In this document: positions 53,311 to 63,216 of the stretch, piece by piece
Numbering within the stretch: the first letter of the stretch is position 1
Layout of the letters: each line of letters begins with the position of its first letter
Origin: an uncultured virus (IMG/VR IMGVR_UViG_3300042380_000159)
Lineage: Duplodnaviria > Heunggongvirae > Uroviricota > Caudoviricetes
IMG/VR virus record: IMGVR_UViG_3300042380_000159
Length of the DNA: 64,000 nucleotides
Direction: 5' to 3' (one strand)
Position numbers and translations under genes: made by a program
The notes under the pieces: model-generated
Seen by the model: the letters and a program-made list of their open reading frames with translations, nothing else
What the model was told of the DNA's origin: nothing
Databases searched by the model: none

Positions 53311-54589
53311 CGGTGGAATCCTCCTGTTCGGCTTCATCCTCGGCGTCGTCGGCCGGGCTTTCCTCGTCCTCGACGGGCTGCGCTGGCATCGGCTCCGGTG
53401 CCGGTGCGTCCTGGCCAACCTTGTCGAGCGTGGTCATGTTGAGTTGCACGAAGTGCTTGTCGCCGTCTGGCCCAATCGGGTTCAGGTTCTCGGCCTCTCG
53501 TATTTCGTTGATCGTCATCCAGCCGTTTTGCAGGGCCGACACATAAAACGCCGCCCGGCTTGTGTGGTCACCCCGCAGCAGGCCGTTGACGTTGTGCTCC
53601 GCGAAATAGGTCTCATCGTCCACGATGAGGTCGCGGGAGATCGCCGCCTCCCACCGCTTGAGGTGCGGCAGCAGGCAATGCTGGACGAACTCCGTGCCTT
53701 GCACTTCGATGTTCGAGTAGGTGCTGCGGGTCAGGTCTTGGATCATGTGGGGCGGCACGCGGAACGCCCGGCAGATCTCAATCACTTGGTACTGCCGCGT
53801 TTCGAGGAACTGCGCCGCCTCATTGCTGCCGCTCAGTTCGTGGGCCTTCACGCCGTTGGGCAGGACCGCCGTGCGGAACGCACGATCTGCGCCCCGGTGC
53901 ATCCGCTCCCACTGCTCGCGGAGCCGCTCGGCGGCCTCCACCGGAATCGGGTTGTCACTCTCCAGCACGATGCCCGGCCGGGCACCGTTGCCGAAGTAGG
54001 TGCTGCCGTGGGCCTCAAGAGCCTGGGCCAGCCCGATCGCGTTTTGGAAAATCTTGTATGTGGGGATCGCGCGAATCCCGTCCTCGGTCGTGAACCGCAG
54101 GGCGAAGATCTGGTCTTGGCTGTAGATCGTCTCGCGCCCGCTCGGCTCGCGATACCGATACCGCAGCGTCCCGTCAGACAGCCGCTCCACCTCCATCCGC
54201 GACGAGTGCAGCGGCCACAACTCCGAGACGGCACCGCGAGCACCGGGGCGGATCTCGGCGTAGGACGCACCGTAATGCAAATACATTCCGGTCATCCAAT
54301 CGCGGAACTCCTGCGCCGTCTGCCAGGGGTTCGGCTGCTGGTGGAGCAGGCGATACACGGGGTGGCTCGTGGCCTTCTGCTTGCCGCCGTTCGCCATCCG
54401 CTCGTAAACATGGAGCGGCAATGCGGAGACGGCATCCGAGATCACGCGGATGCAGGCCGTGTAGGCCGAGCAGGCCATGCTGTTGTCGGCGTTGACGCGG
54501 ATGCCCGAAGGCGTGCGAGACGGCGAAACCTCGGGCCAGTCGATGCCACGCAAATCAAACATCCTGAAGTCGGCGGCGTTTTCGCTCAT
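53300..54589 (-). CDS. Portal protein
   Basis: Homolog of 16989-18278. Confidence 0.95.
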   Translation of the reverse strand: MSENAADFRMFDLRGIDWPEVSPSRTPSGIRVNADNSMACSAYTACIRVISDAVSALPLHVYERMANGGKQKATSHPVYRLLHQQPNPWQTAQEFRDWMTGMYLHYGASYAEIRPGARGAVSELWPLHSSRMEVERLSDGTLRYRYREPSGRETIYSQDQIFALRFTTEDGIRAIPTYKIFQNAIGLAQALEAHGSTYFGNGARPGIVLESDNPIPVEAAERLREQWERMHRGADRAFRTAVLPNGVKAHELSGSNEAAQFLETRQYQVIEICRAFRVPPHMIQDLTRSTYSNIEVQGTEFVQHCLLPHLKRWEAAISRDLIVDDETYFAEHNVNGLLRGDHTSRAAFYVSALQNGWMTINEIREAENLNPIGPDGDKHFVQLNMTTLDKVGQDAPAPEPMPAQPVEDEESPADDAEDEAEQEDSTDGN

Positions 54590-56154
54590 ATGCTCATGAT
54601 GTCCCAGGATTGTTCGGGCGGCGGGGCCGTGGCCGTCGCGTGAATGCCGAGGGCCATCGTCAGCGCCACGATGCCGTCGATGCGTTCGTTGCTCTTCGCC
54701 TTGCTGGGCTTGATGTTTCCGGCGTGGTCCTGCTGAATCGCCACGTTCGACGCCTGCCACGCCAAGACGGGATGCCCGCCGTGGTGCAGTCGCCCCGCAA
54801 CGCAGGCCGCCTCAAGGGCCTTCGCTGCGGAACTCATCGAACTGTAGCCTTGCCCAAAGCCTAAGACGTTGACCCCATCGCCTTGCAGTTGCGTCGCCAG
54901 CTGGGTCGCGTTCCAGCGGTCAATCGCCACCTGCCGGATGTTGTATTTCTTGGTCAGAGCCATGATGTCGGCCCGCACCTGGTCGAAGTCGGTTACGTTG
55001 CCTTCCGTGAACTTAAGGTGGCCCTGCCGCTCCCAAGTGATATAGGGCACCTTGTCCCGCTTCTCGCGCTGGTGGGCGTTCTCACGTGGAATCCAGAAGT
55101 GTGGCTCCACCCAAAAGCTGCCGTCGTCCAACTGGAACAGCAGGCAGAAGCAGGTCGTGTCGAACGTGCTGGCGAGATCGAGGCCCGCGAAACACTCCCG
55201 ACCGTCGAGCATCACCGGGCAGGGCTTGTTGCCCTGCGCCCACTTATCCATCTGGAGCCACCGGGTGCTCTGCTCCGTCCAACAATTCAAATAAAGCTGC
55301 TTGAAGGTGTTCTCGTATGAGGGCATCTCGACCGCCCTCGCGCATTCGCTACGCAGGAAGTCGAGCTTGATTGAGACGCCCAGATTCGGGTTTGCAGTGG
55401 CCCAAGTTTTTTCAGACTTCCAATCAGCGCCATCAGGGGCACAGTAGATTTCGGGCAGGAAGGTCTCGTCTTTGATTGCCCCCGCTTGCACCGCTTCGGC
55501 ATATCGCCAGATCTCATAGCACACAGACCGGCGATCCCAGCCTGCCGTCGTGATGTAGATCATGAGCGGCTGCCGCCTTGCGCCCATGCTCGTTTGCATG
55601 ACATCGGCCAGCTCGCGGTCTGGCTGGGCGTGCAGTTCGTCGAATATCACGCCGTGAGCGTTGAGCCCGTGCTTCGTGAACGCCTCAGCCGATAGCGCCT
55701 TGTAAAACGAGTGCGTATCCTCCCGCACGATTGAGTTGCGATAGACCTTAAGCCGCGACCGCAGCGAAGGCGACATTTCCACGCACGCCTTTGCCATCTC
55801 GAACACCAAGCGTGCCTGCTCGCGGTCAGCCCCGCACGAAAATATCTGTGCGCCTGGCTCACCATCGAACAAAAGTTTGAGAGCAATCCCAGCGCACAGC
55901 GTGGATTTTCCGTTCTTGCGAGGCAGTGCCAGTAGGCTCGTGCGGTATTGGCGAAGGCCATCCGGCCGCAGCGTCCCAAAGAGCCGCCCGATGTAACTGG
56001 CCTGCCACGGCTCCAGGGCAAAAGGCTTGCCGCCGAGCTCGCCCTGCGTGTGCCGCAGATGCTTGGAAAAGAAATTGACCGCATCGACGCCAGCCTGGGC
56101 GTAGCTAGGCGAACATGCGGGCGTCTTCGTCGTCTTCTTGCGGGCCTTGGTCAA
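54586..56154 (-). CDS. terL: Terminase large subunit
   Basis: PRKNGKST, FDELH, GLDLA, RIDG. Confidence 0.95.
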   Translation of the reverse strand: MTKARKKTTKTPACSPSYAQAGVDAVNFFSKHLRHTQGELGGKPFALEPWQASYIGRLFGTLRPDGLRQYRTSLLALPRKNGKSTLCAGIALKLLFDGEPGAQIFSCGADREQARLVFEMAKACVEMSPSLRSRLKVYRNSIVREDTHSFYKALSAEAFTKHGLNAHGVIFDELHAQPDRELADVMQTSMGARRQPLMIYITTAGWDRRSVCYEIWRYAEAVQAGAIKDETFLPEIYCAPDGADWKSEKTWATANPNLGVSIKLDFLRSECARAVEMPSYENTFKQLYLNCWTEQSTRWLQMDKWAQGNKPCPVMLDGRECFAGLDLASTFDTTCFCLLFQLDDGSFWVEPHFWIPRENAHQREKRDKVPYITWERQGHLKFTEGNVTDFDQVRADIMALTKKYNIRQVAIDRWNATQLATQLQGDGVNVLGFGQGYSSMSSAAKALEAACVAGRLHHGGHPVLAWQASNVAIQQDHAGNIKPSKAKSNERIDGIVALTMALGIHATATAPPPEQSWDIMSI

Positions 56155-56563
56155 CAGATGAGACCCTCGCCAACGCCGAAGCAGTCAGGCCAAACTCGGC
56201 CGCAAACTTCAGCATCTGATTCCGTGCGTCGCGCTTCCGATTCCACGCCGGGTGATTGCTTACCCTACCCTTGTCGTCCATCAATGTGGTGCCGTTGGCC
56301 TTCAGCTCTTGGTCGGCCTGCACCATGTCGGCGAACGAGTCGCAATACGCCGCGAGTGTCTGCTGGTGGCGCGGGCTCATCACCTTCGACGCTTCGAGCA
56401 TCGGCACGATCCGCTCCCACTCGGCGCGGGCAATGTCCGACAGCCACGCAGGGGAAGGCGGAACGCCAGGCGGCGCGTCGATACCGGTGGCGTGCGGCCC
56501 TCTAAGTCGGCTGCCACGCAGGCTAAGGATCTGTTTAGGCGTCGGTTTGCGGCCCTTACCCAT
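56105..56563 (-). CDS. terS: Terminase small subunit (P27 family)
   Basis: GRKPTP...P.WL...EW...HP...EFGLT. Confidence 0.9.
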   Translation of the reverse strand: MGKGRKPTPKQILSLRGSRLRGPHATGIDAPPGVPPSPAWLSDIARAEWERIVPMLEASKVMSPRHQQTLAAYCDSFADMVQADQELKANGTTLMDDKGRVSNHPAWNRKRDARNQMLKFAAEFGLTASALARVSSVDQGPQEDDEDARMFA

Positions 56564-56623
56564 ACGGCTAAATCCTAACTTCCAATTTCAACCAAACGTA
56601 CGCAGAGCAAACGACCGGGGTTT

Positions 56624-57037
56624 TTATTGGGCAAAGGTGGGGTGATTTGACCCGCCCTCCGCCGCCGAATTTCCCCGTCCGCCCGCAGAAAAAAGCGTGT
56701 TTTCGGCAGGTTTTTTGACTGTTTTTCTTTTTTCGGCTTCGTTTTGCTCGCGTCGCGTCTTCCTGCCGTGGCAAGCGATGCACAAGCATTGGCCGTTCGT
56801 TACGTCGTAACGCTCGCCTCCCAATGCGACAGGTACAACGTGATCTGCGTGGTTAGAGTTGCATACAGTGCCGCAGGACCGGCAGGCCCACCCGTCACGG
56901 GTCAACACAGCCTGCCGCCATGCCCGGTGCCTCTTGTCGGTATAGCCCCGTGCATATGCGTTGGGCCGCCCTGCATCGTCGCGGCGTCGCGGGGGGCATA
57001 GCCTCGGCGGTATGTGGGGGGGGATACGTTGCGGCAT
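56624..57037 (-). CDS. Terminase-associated HNH endonuclease
   Basis: CRSC...ADHVVP...NGQCLCIACH. Confidence 0.9.
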   Translation of the reverse strand: MPQRIPPHIPPRLCPPRRRDDAGRPNAYARGYTDKRHRAWRQAVLTRDGWACRSCGTVCNSNHADHVVPVALGGERYDVTNGQCLCIACHGRKTRREQNEAEKRKTVKKPAENTLFSAGGRGNSAAEGGSNHPTFAQ

Positions 57038-57076
57038 GGTGGGGGGGGTACTTCACGCACAAACGTGCATGCGTTC

Positions 57077-57107
57077 AGCCTATGCCTAGCGTCCAGTTGG
57101 CTTGCAG
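57077..57107 (-). promoter_or_regulatory. Putative late promoter CTGCAAG-N18-TAGGCT
   Basis: Equivalent of 20710-20740 with a diverged spacer. Confidence 0.65.
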
Positions 57108-57132
57108 CCTTACATCGCCGCTATAGCGCACT

Positions 57133-57447
57133 TCAGCCCGGCGGCTCGGGGAGCGGCATCCAGTGGGTGACTTGAAAGTTGCTGCGGCCTGGGGCCGAGA
57201 AGTACGCGGTTCCTGCTTCGGTGCTGAAGTTCAGCCATGCGAGCAAAAGGTCGCGGTACTCCGACACAAGCACCGTGTCACCAGCCTTCGGCAGCTCCTC
57301 GCTCACCGGAATCCATCGCGAACTAGCGGCAATGATTTCTGCCTTACACTCCATCAGCAGCTCTTCTGGAAACGGCACGTCCTCCCACCCTGCTGTCTCG
57401 CAGTCGGAAAGTTCTTTGTCGATCCGGGCAATGATGTCGCTTTCCAT
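57133..57447 (-). CDS. DUF551-domain protein
   Basis: RWIPVSEELP...THWMPLPEPP. Confidence 0.85.
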   Translation of the reverse strand: MESDIIARIDKELSDCETAGWEDVPFPEELLMECKAEIIAASSRWIPVSEELPKAGDTVLVSEYRDLLLAWLNFSTEAGTAYFSAPGRSNFQVTHWMPLPEPPG

Positions 57448-57461
57448 GTCTCCACTTTCGC

Positions 57462-57677
57462 TCAGTAGCGCATTCCCTGCGACTTTTCCCATCGTCGCAG
57501 CCATGCGTGAAAGTTCTTCCACACTCCAGCGGGCGGGTTCTGGTTCCTCAGCGTTCTGCCGTCCTTCGCAACAAACAGCGGGCCGAACTGCATGGAGTAA
57601 TCCCAACGCCACGTTCGCCCATTGTGACAGGTCGAACCGGATGCGGCGTGCCATGAGTCAATGAAGCAGCGTCCCAT
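57462..57677 (-). CDS. Hypothetical accessory protein (slot B cargo)
   Basis: MGRCFIDSW...; unrelated to 21110-21430. Confidence 0.65.
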   Translation of the reverse strand: MGRCFIDSWHAASGSTCHNGRTWRWDYSMQFGPLFVAKDGRTLRNQNPPAGVWKNFHAWLRRWEKSQGMRY

Positions 57678-57700
57678 GTCTTTACCTGATTTCAGTAGCG

Positions 57701-57892
57701 TCACCGAATGTGCGTCAGCCCCATCATCGCCGCCAACTCGCCAGGATCGGTCGGCGTGGATCGCGGCTCCGCCAGGGCGACGATGCACCGCTCCATGCGG
57801 GCGATGTCCTCGCGGGCCTTCTCCTGCCACGCCTCAAGCTCTTTGATGCGGTTTTGCAGGAGCTCGGTTCGATACTGTGCGTGAGCGTCCAT
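57701..57892 (-). CDS. Hypothetical accessory protein (slot C cargo)
   Basis: AAGGAGG SD; not alignable by eye to 21458-21835. Confidence 0.65.
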   Translation of the reverse strand: MDAHAQYRTELLQNRIKELEAWQEKAREDIARMERCIVALAEPRSTPTDPGELAAMMGLTHIR

Positions 57893-57946
57893 CTGTCCCT
57901 CCTTGCGGCGTGTTGTGCAACTATCCGGCAATTCCGGTGGGTTCGC

Positions 57947-58165
57947 TCATACCAGCAAACTCGTCAATTCGTAAGGAATCAACGCCCGTACTTCTTCCAG
58001 AATTCTCTCCAACTCTGGCGTCGGCTCGCCGCGATTGAGGACGGCCCGACAGCGGTTGTCGATCAGCTCCAGCGCGATCAGCGCCTCGCGGCCCGCGAGG
58101 GCATAGCGATGCTCGCGGGCGTCGTCGGGGTCAGCGAGGTCGAACTTCAGGAGAGCGTGTGCCAT
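57947..58165 (-). CDS. Conserved 72-aa protein
   Basis: Ortholog of 21888-22106. Confidence 0.8.
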   Translation of the reverse strand: MAHALLKFDLADPDDAREHRYALAGREALIALELIDNRCRAVLNRGEPTPELERILEEVRALIPYELTSLLV

Positions 58166-58379
58166 GTATAGCGAGGTTACTACGGTTTATCCCGGTTTAT
58201 CAGTTTCCGATAACTTTGGCCCAGATTGTATCCGAACTCATACGGAAAGCGTATCGTTTTCGATATGTTTCGGGCATCCTATTTTGGGAATATTGCCCCT
58301 CACGCAATTATCGCGAAATACAAAACCCAGGTACTTGTGTCGAACTACCGAGCCTTCGCTCTTCTGGTGCTATAGCGCA

Positions 58380-58826
58380 CTAACAGCGAAACGGCTTCAC
58401 CTTCTCCTGCCATGTGACAATCAGATGGCGCGTGGCGTCGTCGGCGTACTCCATCGTCGTGATGTCGAACTTGCCATCAGTCTCCACGCCAAGCGCGGCC
58501 GGATGCCGCTTGTCGTAAATGCCGTCAGGAAGGCTCACGCTTTCTCGTTGGGGCAGGCCCTTGTGGCGGTATTCGACCTTGTAGCCTTCGTCAGCCTCCT
58601 CAACCGCGACCGGATAAAAGTCACCCAGCCGCTCCACAAGCAGGGCCGTCAACCTTCCGCCAGTTGGCTGGTGGGCATCATAGGCGCAGGTAAAGGCCAG
58701 TTGCGCCCGGTCGAAGTCATGCTCGGAAATCTTCCCGGCACAGAGGTCAAGAGCCGCCTGCATGATGTATTCGCGGCACTGGTCGGCTTGCTCAACCGAT
58801 CCTCGTCCGACGCAAACGTACCCCAT
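58380..58826 (-). CDS. Hypothetical accessory protein under its own promoter
   Basis: SD GAAAGGAAGGTGATC; unrelated to 22433-22672. Confidence 0.75.
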   Translation of the reverse strand: MGYVCVGRGSVEQADQCREYIMQAALDLCAGKISEHDFDRAQLAFTCAYDAHQPTGGRLTALLVERLGDFYPVAVEEADEGYKVEYRHKGLPQRESVSLPDGIYDKRHPAALGVETDGKFDITTMEYADDATRHLIVTWQEKVKPFRC

Positions 58827-58914
58827 GAGATCACCTTCCTTTCGGGGCGTGATTCTACCCGGCTGGCAAGCGGGCGCAATGCCTTTTCCGACCGTCTCTA
58901 AGGTGGATAGCGCA

Positions 58915-59523
58915 CTACATCGCCGCCAGTAGCGGAAGGTCGATAGCCGCGCCCCATTGCTCGGCCATAGCTCTGGCAATCCCTTCGTATGTCTTGCTTC
59001 TGATCTTCCAGCGGTCGGGCGACGGGGCCAGCTTGTTCTGCCCGCTCGCGGTCTGGTTCTCCCACCTATCCCGATGCTCAAGGACGCTGGTGGGCCGCAG
59101 GGGTGGCAATCCCTTCAGCCAGAGACAGGTGGCCTTCGACTCTGGGTGGCCGAACTGCCAAGGCTGAATGGTCTGGTCGGGCTTCCGCCAGAGCGATGAC
59201 ATGATGCAGACCGGGTTTTCAATGGCGATATGCGGAATGTCGGCCTTCGCCAGCCGCATGAAAAACGACACGCTCGCCTGCTGCCTGCCGTCCATCCGCT
59301 TCGCCTGGAAGTGCCTAGCACCGCTCACCGACAGGTCGGTGCATGGCGGATGGGCAATCATCAAATCCCAAGGGTAGTCCAGAACGTCACGAACGTCGCC
59401 TTGGTAGTGCGGGCCTGGCGTCTCGGTGGGCAGGAGATCGCACGACATAGCCTCATGCCCAAGAGCCAAGAAGGCGTCTCGGACGCTGCCGCTGTATTCG
59501 CAGGCGATGAGTACCCGTGCCAT
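58915..59523 (-). CDS. Short phage DNA cytosine methyltransferase
   Basis: VLIACEYSG, HPPC, IENP, QPWQFGH. Confidence 0.82.
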   Translation of the reverse strand: MARVLIACEYSGSVRDAFLALGHEAMSCDLLPTETPGPHYQGDVRDVLDYPWDLMIAHPPCTDLSVSGARHFQAKRMDGRQQASVSFFMRLAKADIPHIAIENPVCIMSSLWRKPDQTIQPWQFGHPESKATCLWLKGLPPLRPTSVLEHRDRWENQTASGQNKLAPSPDRWKIRSKTYEGIARAMAEQWGAAIDLPLLAAM

Positions 59524-59604
59524 TTCCCGAGCCTACGCGCATAGCCAAATCTGGCAACAGCATTTCCGAGAGCGAATTGCGCTCTCTTGTGGGTGTACGG
59601 CAAC

Positions 59605-59922
59605 TCAGCCGATAGGCGGGTCGGGCGGCAGCATCGCCACCGCATCGGCCCACGGGATCACTTCCACGCTTGCCCCTAGCACGGCCTTGTCGGCCGCTTC
59701 CCACATGGCATGGAGCAGGCCGCCGGGTTCGATCTCGGTCAGAATGTCCGCACACAGCATGAGCCGCCCATCGGTCAGCGTGCGCGGGACCGGAACGCAG
59801 TTGGGCGAGCCGTGGCTCGCGTGCAGTTCCGCTAGCCGGGCCGCAAGCGCGGGAGTGAACACCAGGGCGTACCCCTTGGCGGCCTCGTAGGAGATCGGGA
59901 GCGTGAGGTCTGCGAGCGTCAT
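59605..59922 (-). CDS. Conserved hypothetical protein
   Basis: Ortholog of 22816-23133. Confidence 0.8.
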   Translation of the reverse strand: MTLADLTLPISYEAAKGYALVFTPALAARLAELHASHGSPNCVPVPRTLTDGRLMLCADILTEIEPGGLLHAMWEAADKAVLGASVEVIPWADAVAMLPPDPPIG

Positions 59923-60794
59923 TAGTTGCGCCCCAGTGCTGTCTGAAAGGCCACGACCGCCGACGAGAACGCTGCCGCCTGCGAGGCCGTGAACGACGTT
60001 CCGATGGAATAGCCTTGCAGGGTGGCCGCAAGAAACTGGTCGCCGGTATTGCCGCTGTCGGCGCGATTGCGGGCAAACACCGATGGAGCGCCTGGGCTTG
60101 TGACCGACCAGTTATTCGTGTTGGTCATGCTCACGGCGAGGTTGAGGTCAACGCCGTTCCGGTAGACCTTCGCATCGTTGTTGGTTCGCTGGCACAGAAG
60201 GTGGCCGGAACGGTTTGCCCCCGACCATGCTGCACCTTCGATGCCGCAGTTACTGGCACCACCAGAGCGGTAGTAGATGAGATTTAGGCCGCCGAAAGTT
60301 AGTGCGCCAAAGGTGGCCTGCGCTGTTTGGCCGCCGAATGTGGAGAGCGGCGAATTGTTCGCCGTGATCTGGGCGCGTGAGTACCAAGAGCAATGCGTAT
60401 CCGTGTGCGAGATGCCAGCCGCCACCATATCCATGCCGGTCTGTAGCCGCTTGTTGCTGCCGTTGCCGGTCAGCCCGCCCGTCGTGCCCGTCTCAACGTA
60501 ATCGCCCGCCACGAAGTTGCTGTTCGTGTCGATGGTGTTGCCGAACTGCGTCCCGCCGAGCGATGTTCCGCGATAGAGCGGGACGAGAGCCGCCGCGAGG
60601 CCGGTGCCACAAAATAAGTTCACGCGGGACAGTCGTGAGCGGATGCCTGCCGTATCAACCGCCCGGCAGAAGGTTTCAACCGCCGCGAAGGTTGAAGCCG
60701 ATACGGTGCCGCCGTTGGCGATGACGCGGGTCCGCCAACTTGCGGCCTCGGGGTGGGCCGTCGCTCGGAAGTAGCCGATCTTGCCTGCGAGCAT
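59922..60794 (-). CDS. Beta-rich virion/adsorption protein candidate
   Basis: Homolog of 23130-24014. Confidence 0.6.
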   Translation of the reverse strand: MLAGKIGYFRATAHPEAASWRTRVIANGGTVSASTFAAVETFCRAVDTAGIRSRLSRVNLFCGTGLAAALVPLYRGTSLGGTQFGNTIDTNSNFVAGDYVETGTTGGLTGNGSNKRLQTGMDMVAAGISHTDTHCSWYSRAQITANNSPLSTFGGQTAQATFGALTFGGLNLIYYRSGGASNCGIEGAAWSGANRSGHLLCQRTNNDAKVYRNGVDLNLAVSMTNTNNWSVTSPGAPSVFARNRADSGNTGDQFLAATLQGYSIGTSFTASQAAAFSSAVVAFQTALGRN

Positions 60795-62893
60795 TAGAAG
60801 TTTTGCGCCGCTGTGCCGTACCAGTTCGTGCCGTCTGAGACGAACACCAAGATGTCGCGCTTGTTGCTCGTCGCCGTGATCGTCGGCGCGGTGCCTCCCG
60901 CCCACAGGACGGAAGTGAACGTCGCCGTGAACGTCCCGCCCTGAGTCAAAATGAGCGTGATCGAAGCCCCAGCGGTCGGGCTGGGCATCGTGAATGCGCA
61001 GTTGCCCGAGAGCGTCACGGTCTGCACGGAGCCGGTGGTCAGGGCCAGCGTGGTCGATGTGCCGCTGTTGCCCACCGTTTGCGTCTGCTCAAGGACGACG
61101 GGCAGGCGGGCGAGGGCGACGGTGCCGGTGGTGATGTCAGCCCCGGAGTGGACGTGCGCCGTGGGCGTCCTCGCGTCACTGAGCCGGGCGTCATTCGCCG
61201 CGACGAAATCCGTCGTTGCCGCTGCCGCTGCGGTGCCGAGCGTGGGGCGGCCCGTGAGGTCCGAATAGGCTCCTGTCCTGCCTGCCGTGGAAATGCCGCT
61301 GCCGATCAGATCGGTTCCGGCACGATCCGGGTAGACATCGCTCTGCGTTGCAAACGTCCAATAGCCAGCGTTCGTGCCGCCGCCCTTGTAGCGGCTTGCC
61401 TTCACCCACTCGCTTTCGGTGGGAAGCCGATACTTCGCGCCAGCGTTGGCCGCAATCACGACGTTCGATGCGGTAATCGTGTAGGCACCGTCCTCGGTCG
61501 TGGAAGATGACTGAGCGCCGGTCGGCTTGCCGTTATGCAGCCAGTTGCAGTAGCGCACGGACGCATACCAAGTAACAAAATTTACCGGCTTGTTGCGTGC
61601 GTTCGCCCGTGCGGCGTAGGTGAACGAGCCCGACGAGCCACTTCGCGTGATGCCGCCAGCGGCATCTGTTCCCATCCGCGTGTCATACAGGCCGTTCGTG
61701 TCGGTGGCCGCCACAGCGTTCAGGAAGGCGACATACTCCGCGTTCGTGACGGCGTAGCGGCCGATGCGGTACTCATAGGCAACGCCGCCGACGCCGCTCG
61801 CGCTGTTCGCGTTGCCGACATCCCCAACGGTGACGAACCCGCCGTATCCGTTGGCGTCTGACGGCGATGCGACGCGAAACCCGACGTTGGTAAATCGGTT
61901 CGTCGGTGATACCGCGATGCCGTCCCAGACATAGGTAATCGGGTACGTTCCGCCTTCGCCATCCGACAAGTACGAGCCGCCACGCATCATCGACAGCGAC
62001 GGGTTGTCGCGAGCCGCGCCGCCGAACGTGCCGATCCACTCCTCCAGGTTGCCGTGCTGGTCGAACGTGCCGTAGTAGCTGGGACGCCCCGTCGTGCCGA
62101 CCGCAAACGGGCCGGGATTTTGGCCGTAGTTGGCCGAATTGCCGAGCAGGTAGCGGGCGTCCAGCGAGGCCGTGAGTCCGACCACCTCTTGTGCGCTATG
62201 CGTATGAGAGACGGCAGCCGCCCCGATGTCGGCGGCCGTAAGGGCGTCAGAGCCGCCCGTGGCGTGGGTGCTCTTGTGGGCCGCCAGGGCGAGCGAGCCG
62301 CTCGAGGTCGTGAGGCCGGAGCCGATCGACAGTGCCACCGTCTGCGTGCCGGAGTTGTAGGTCACTGGAGCAGTCGCCGCGACGACGCCCGATGGGCCTT
62401 GTGGCCCCGTCGCCCCTGTGGCTCCTGTCGCGCCGGTAGCGCCCGTCGCGCCGGTAGGACCGGTCGGACCTGCCGGGCCTTGGTCGCCAGTGTCACCCTT
62501 TGGCCCTTGCGGACCGGTAGCACCAGTCGCCCCCGCAGGGCCTTGAGGTCCGATGTCGCCTTGATCGCCCTTTGGTCCCTGCGGCCCCTGCGGTCCAGTG
62601 GCACCGGTCGCGCCTGTGGAGCCCGTCGCGCCCGCTGGGCCTTGCAAGCCAACGTCGCCCTGGTCGCCCTTCGGGCCTTGCGGGCCGGTGGCTCCAGTTG
62701 CGCCGGTCGGGCCTGCCACGCCTTGCGGTCCCTGCGGACCTTGTGGACCGGCCGGGCCTTGCTCGCCCTGCGGACCCTGCGGGCCAGCGGCACCGCTCGG
62801 GCCAAAGCCACCGCTTACCGTGGCGTCGATCTTGGTCTCGCCCACGCTCGCCGTGATCTGCTGCCCGCCGCTGACGTTCGCATTGATCGGCAC
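60794..62893 (-). CDS. Collagen-like fibre with permuted FGE-sulfatase/C-type-lectin domain
   Basis: Long Gly-X-Y tract; [44 protein letters not shown]. Confidence 0.85.
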   Translation of the reverse strand: MPINANVSGGQQITASVGETKIDATVSGGFGPSGAAGPQGPQGEQGPAGPQGPQGPQGVAGPTGATGATGPQGPKGDQGDVGLQGPAGATGSTGATGATGPQGPQGPKGDQGDIGPQGPAGATGATGPQGPKGDTGDQGPAGPTGPTGATGATGATGATGATGPQGPSGVVAATAPVTYNSGTQTVALSIGSGLTTSSGSLALAAHKSTHATGGSDALTAADIGAAAVSHTHSAQEVVGLTASLDARYLLGNSANYGQNPGPFAVGTTGRPSYYGTFDQHGNLEEWIGTFGGAARDNPSLSMMRGGSYLSDGEGGTYPITYVWDGIAVSPTNRFTNVGFRVASPSDANGYGGFVTVGDVGNANSASGVGGVAYEYRIGRYAVTNAEYVAFLNAVAATDTNGLYDTRMGTDAAGGITRSGSSGSFTYAARANARNKPVNFVTWYASVRYCNWLHNGKPTGAQSSSTTEDGAYTITASNVVIAANAGAKYRLPTESEWVKASRYKGGGTNAGYWTFATQSDVYPDRAGTDLIGSGISTAGRTGAYSDLTGRPTLGTAAAAATTDFVAANDARLSDARTPTAHVHSGADITTGTVALARLPVVLEQTQTVGNSGTSTTLALTTGSVQTVTLSGNCAFTMPSPTAGASITLILTQGGTFTATFTSVLWAGGTAPTITATSNKRDILVFVSDGTNWYGTAAQNF

Positions 62894-63207
62894 TACAGCA
62901 CCTCCACGAATCCGGTGAGGGCGGTACGGGTGGCGTTGTTCTCAGTCCACCGCATCTGCCACCCGTAGGTGCCACGGGCCAGGGCGGCCGTCTGCGTGTC
63001 GGTGAGGCTCACGTTCACCTGCCCGGCCGTGGCCGAGACGAACGACACGGTGAGCGGCTGCACCTCGGCACCGCTGACGAGCGACGTGATGCCAGCCGTG
63101 ACGGTGTACGAGGCCAGCGAAATGGAGAAGTCAACCAGTGCGCTGAAATCGTCACCTCTCTTGAACGAGAGGCCCAGCGTGCCGGGTGTTTGGTCGTAGG
63201 AGGACAT
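62893..63207 (-). CDS. Fibre attachment/adaptor-like protein
   Basis: Paralog of 42486-42845. Confidence 0.6.
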   Translation of the reverse strand: MSSYDQTPGTLGLSFKRGDDFSALVDFSISLASYTVTAGITSLVSGAEVQPLTVSFVSATAGQVNVSLTDTQTAALARGTYGWQMRWTENNATRTALTGFVEVL

Positions 63208-63216
63208 TGGCTCGCC

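Noticed and set aside
58342..58351. GAACTACCGA matching the unit 1 operator half-site
   Set aside because: Only a half-site within a conserved spacer block, and the unit 1 equivalent has a mismatch; probably coincidental
60794..62893. Diversity-generating retroelement targeting the lectin domain
   Set aside because: No reverse transcriptase and no template/variable repeat pair seen in the window
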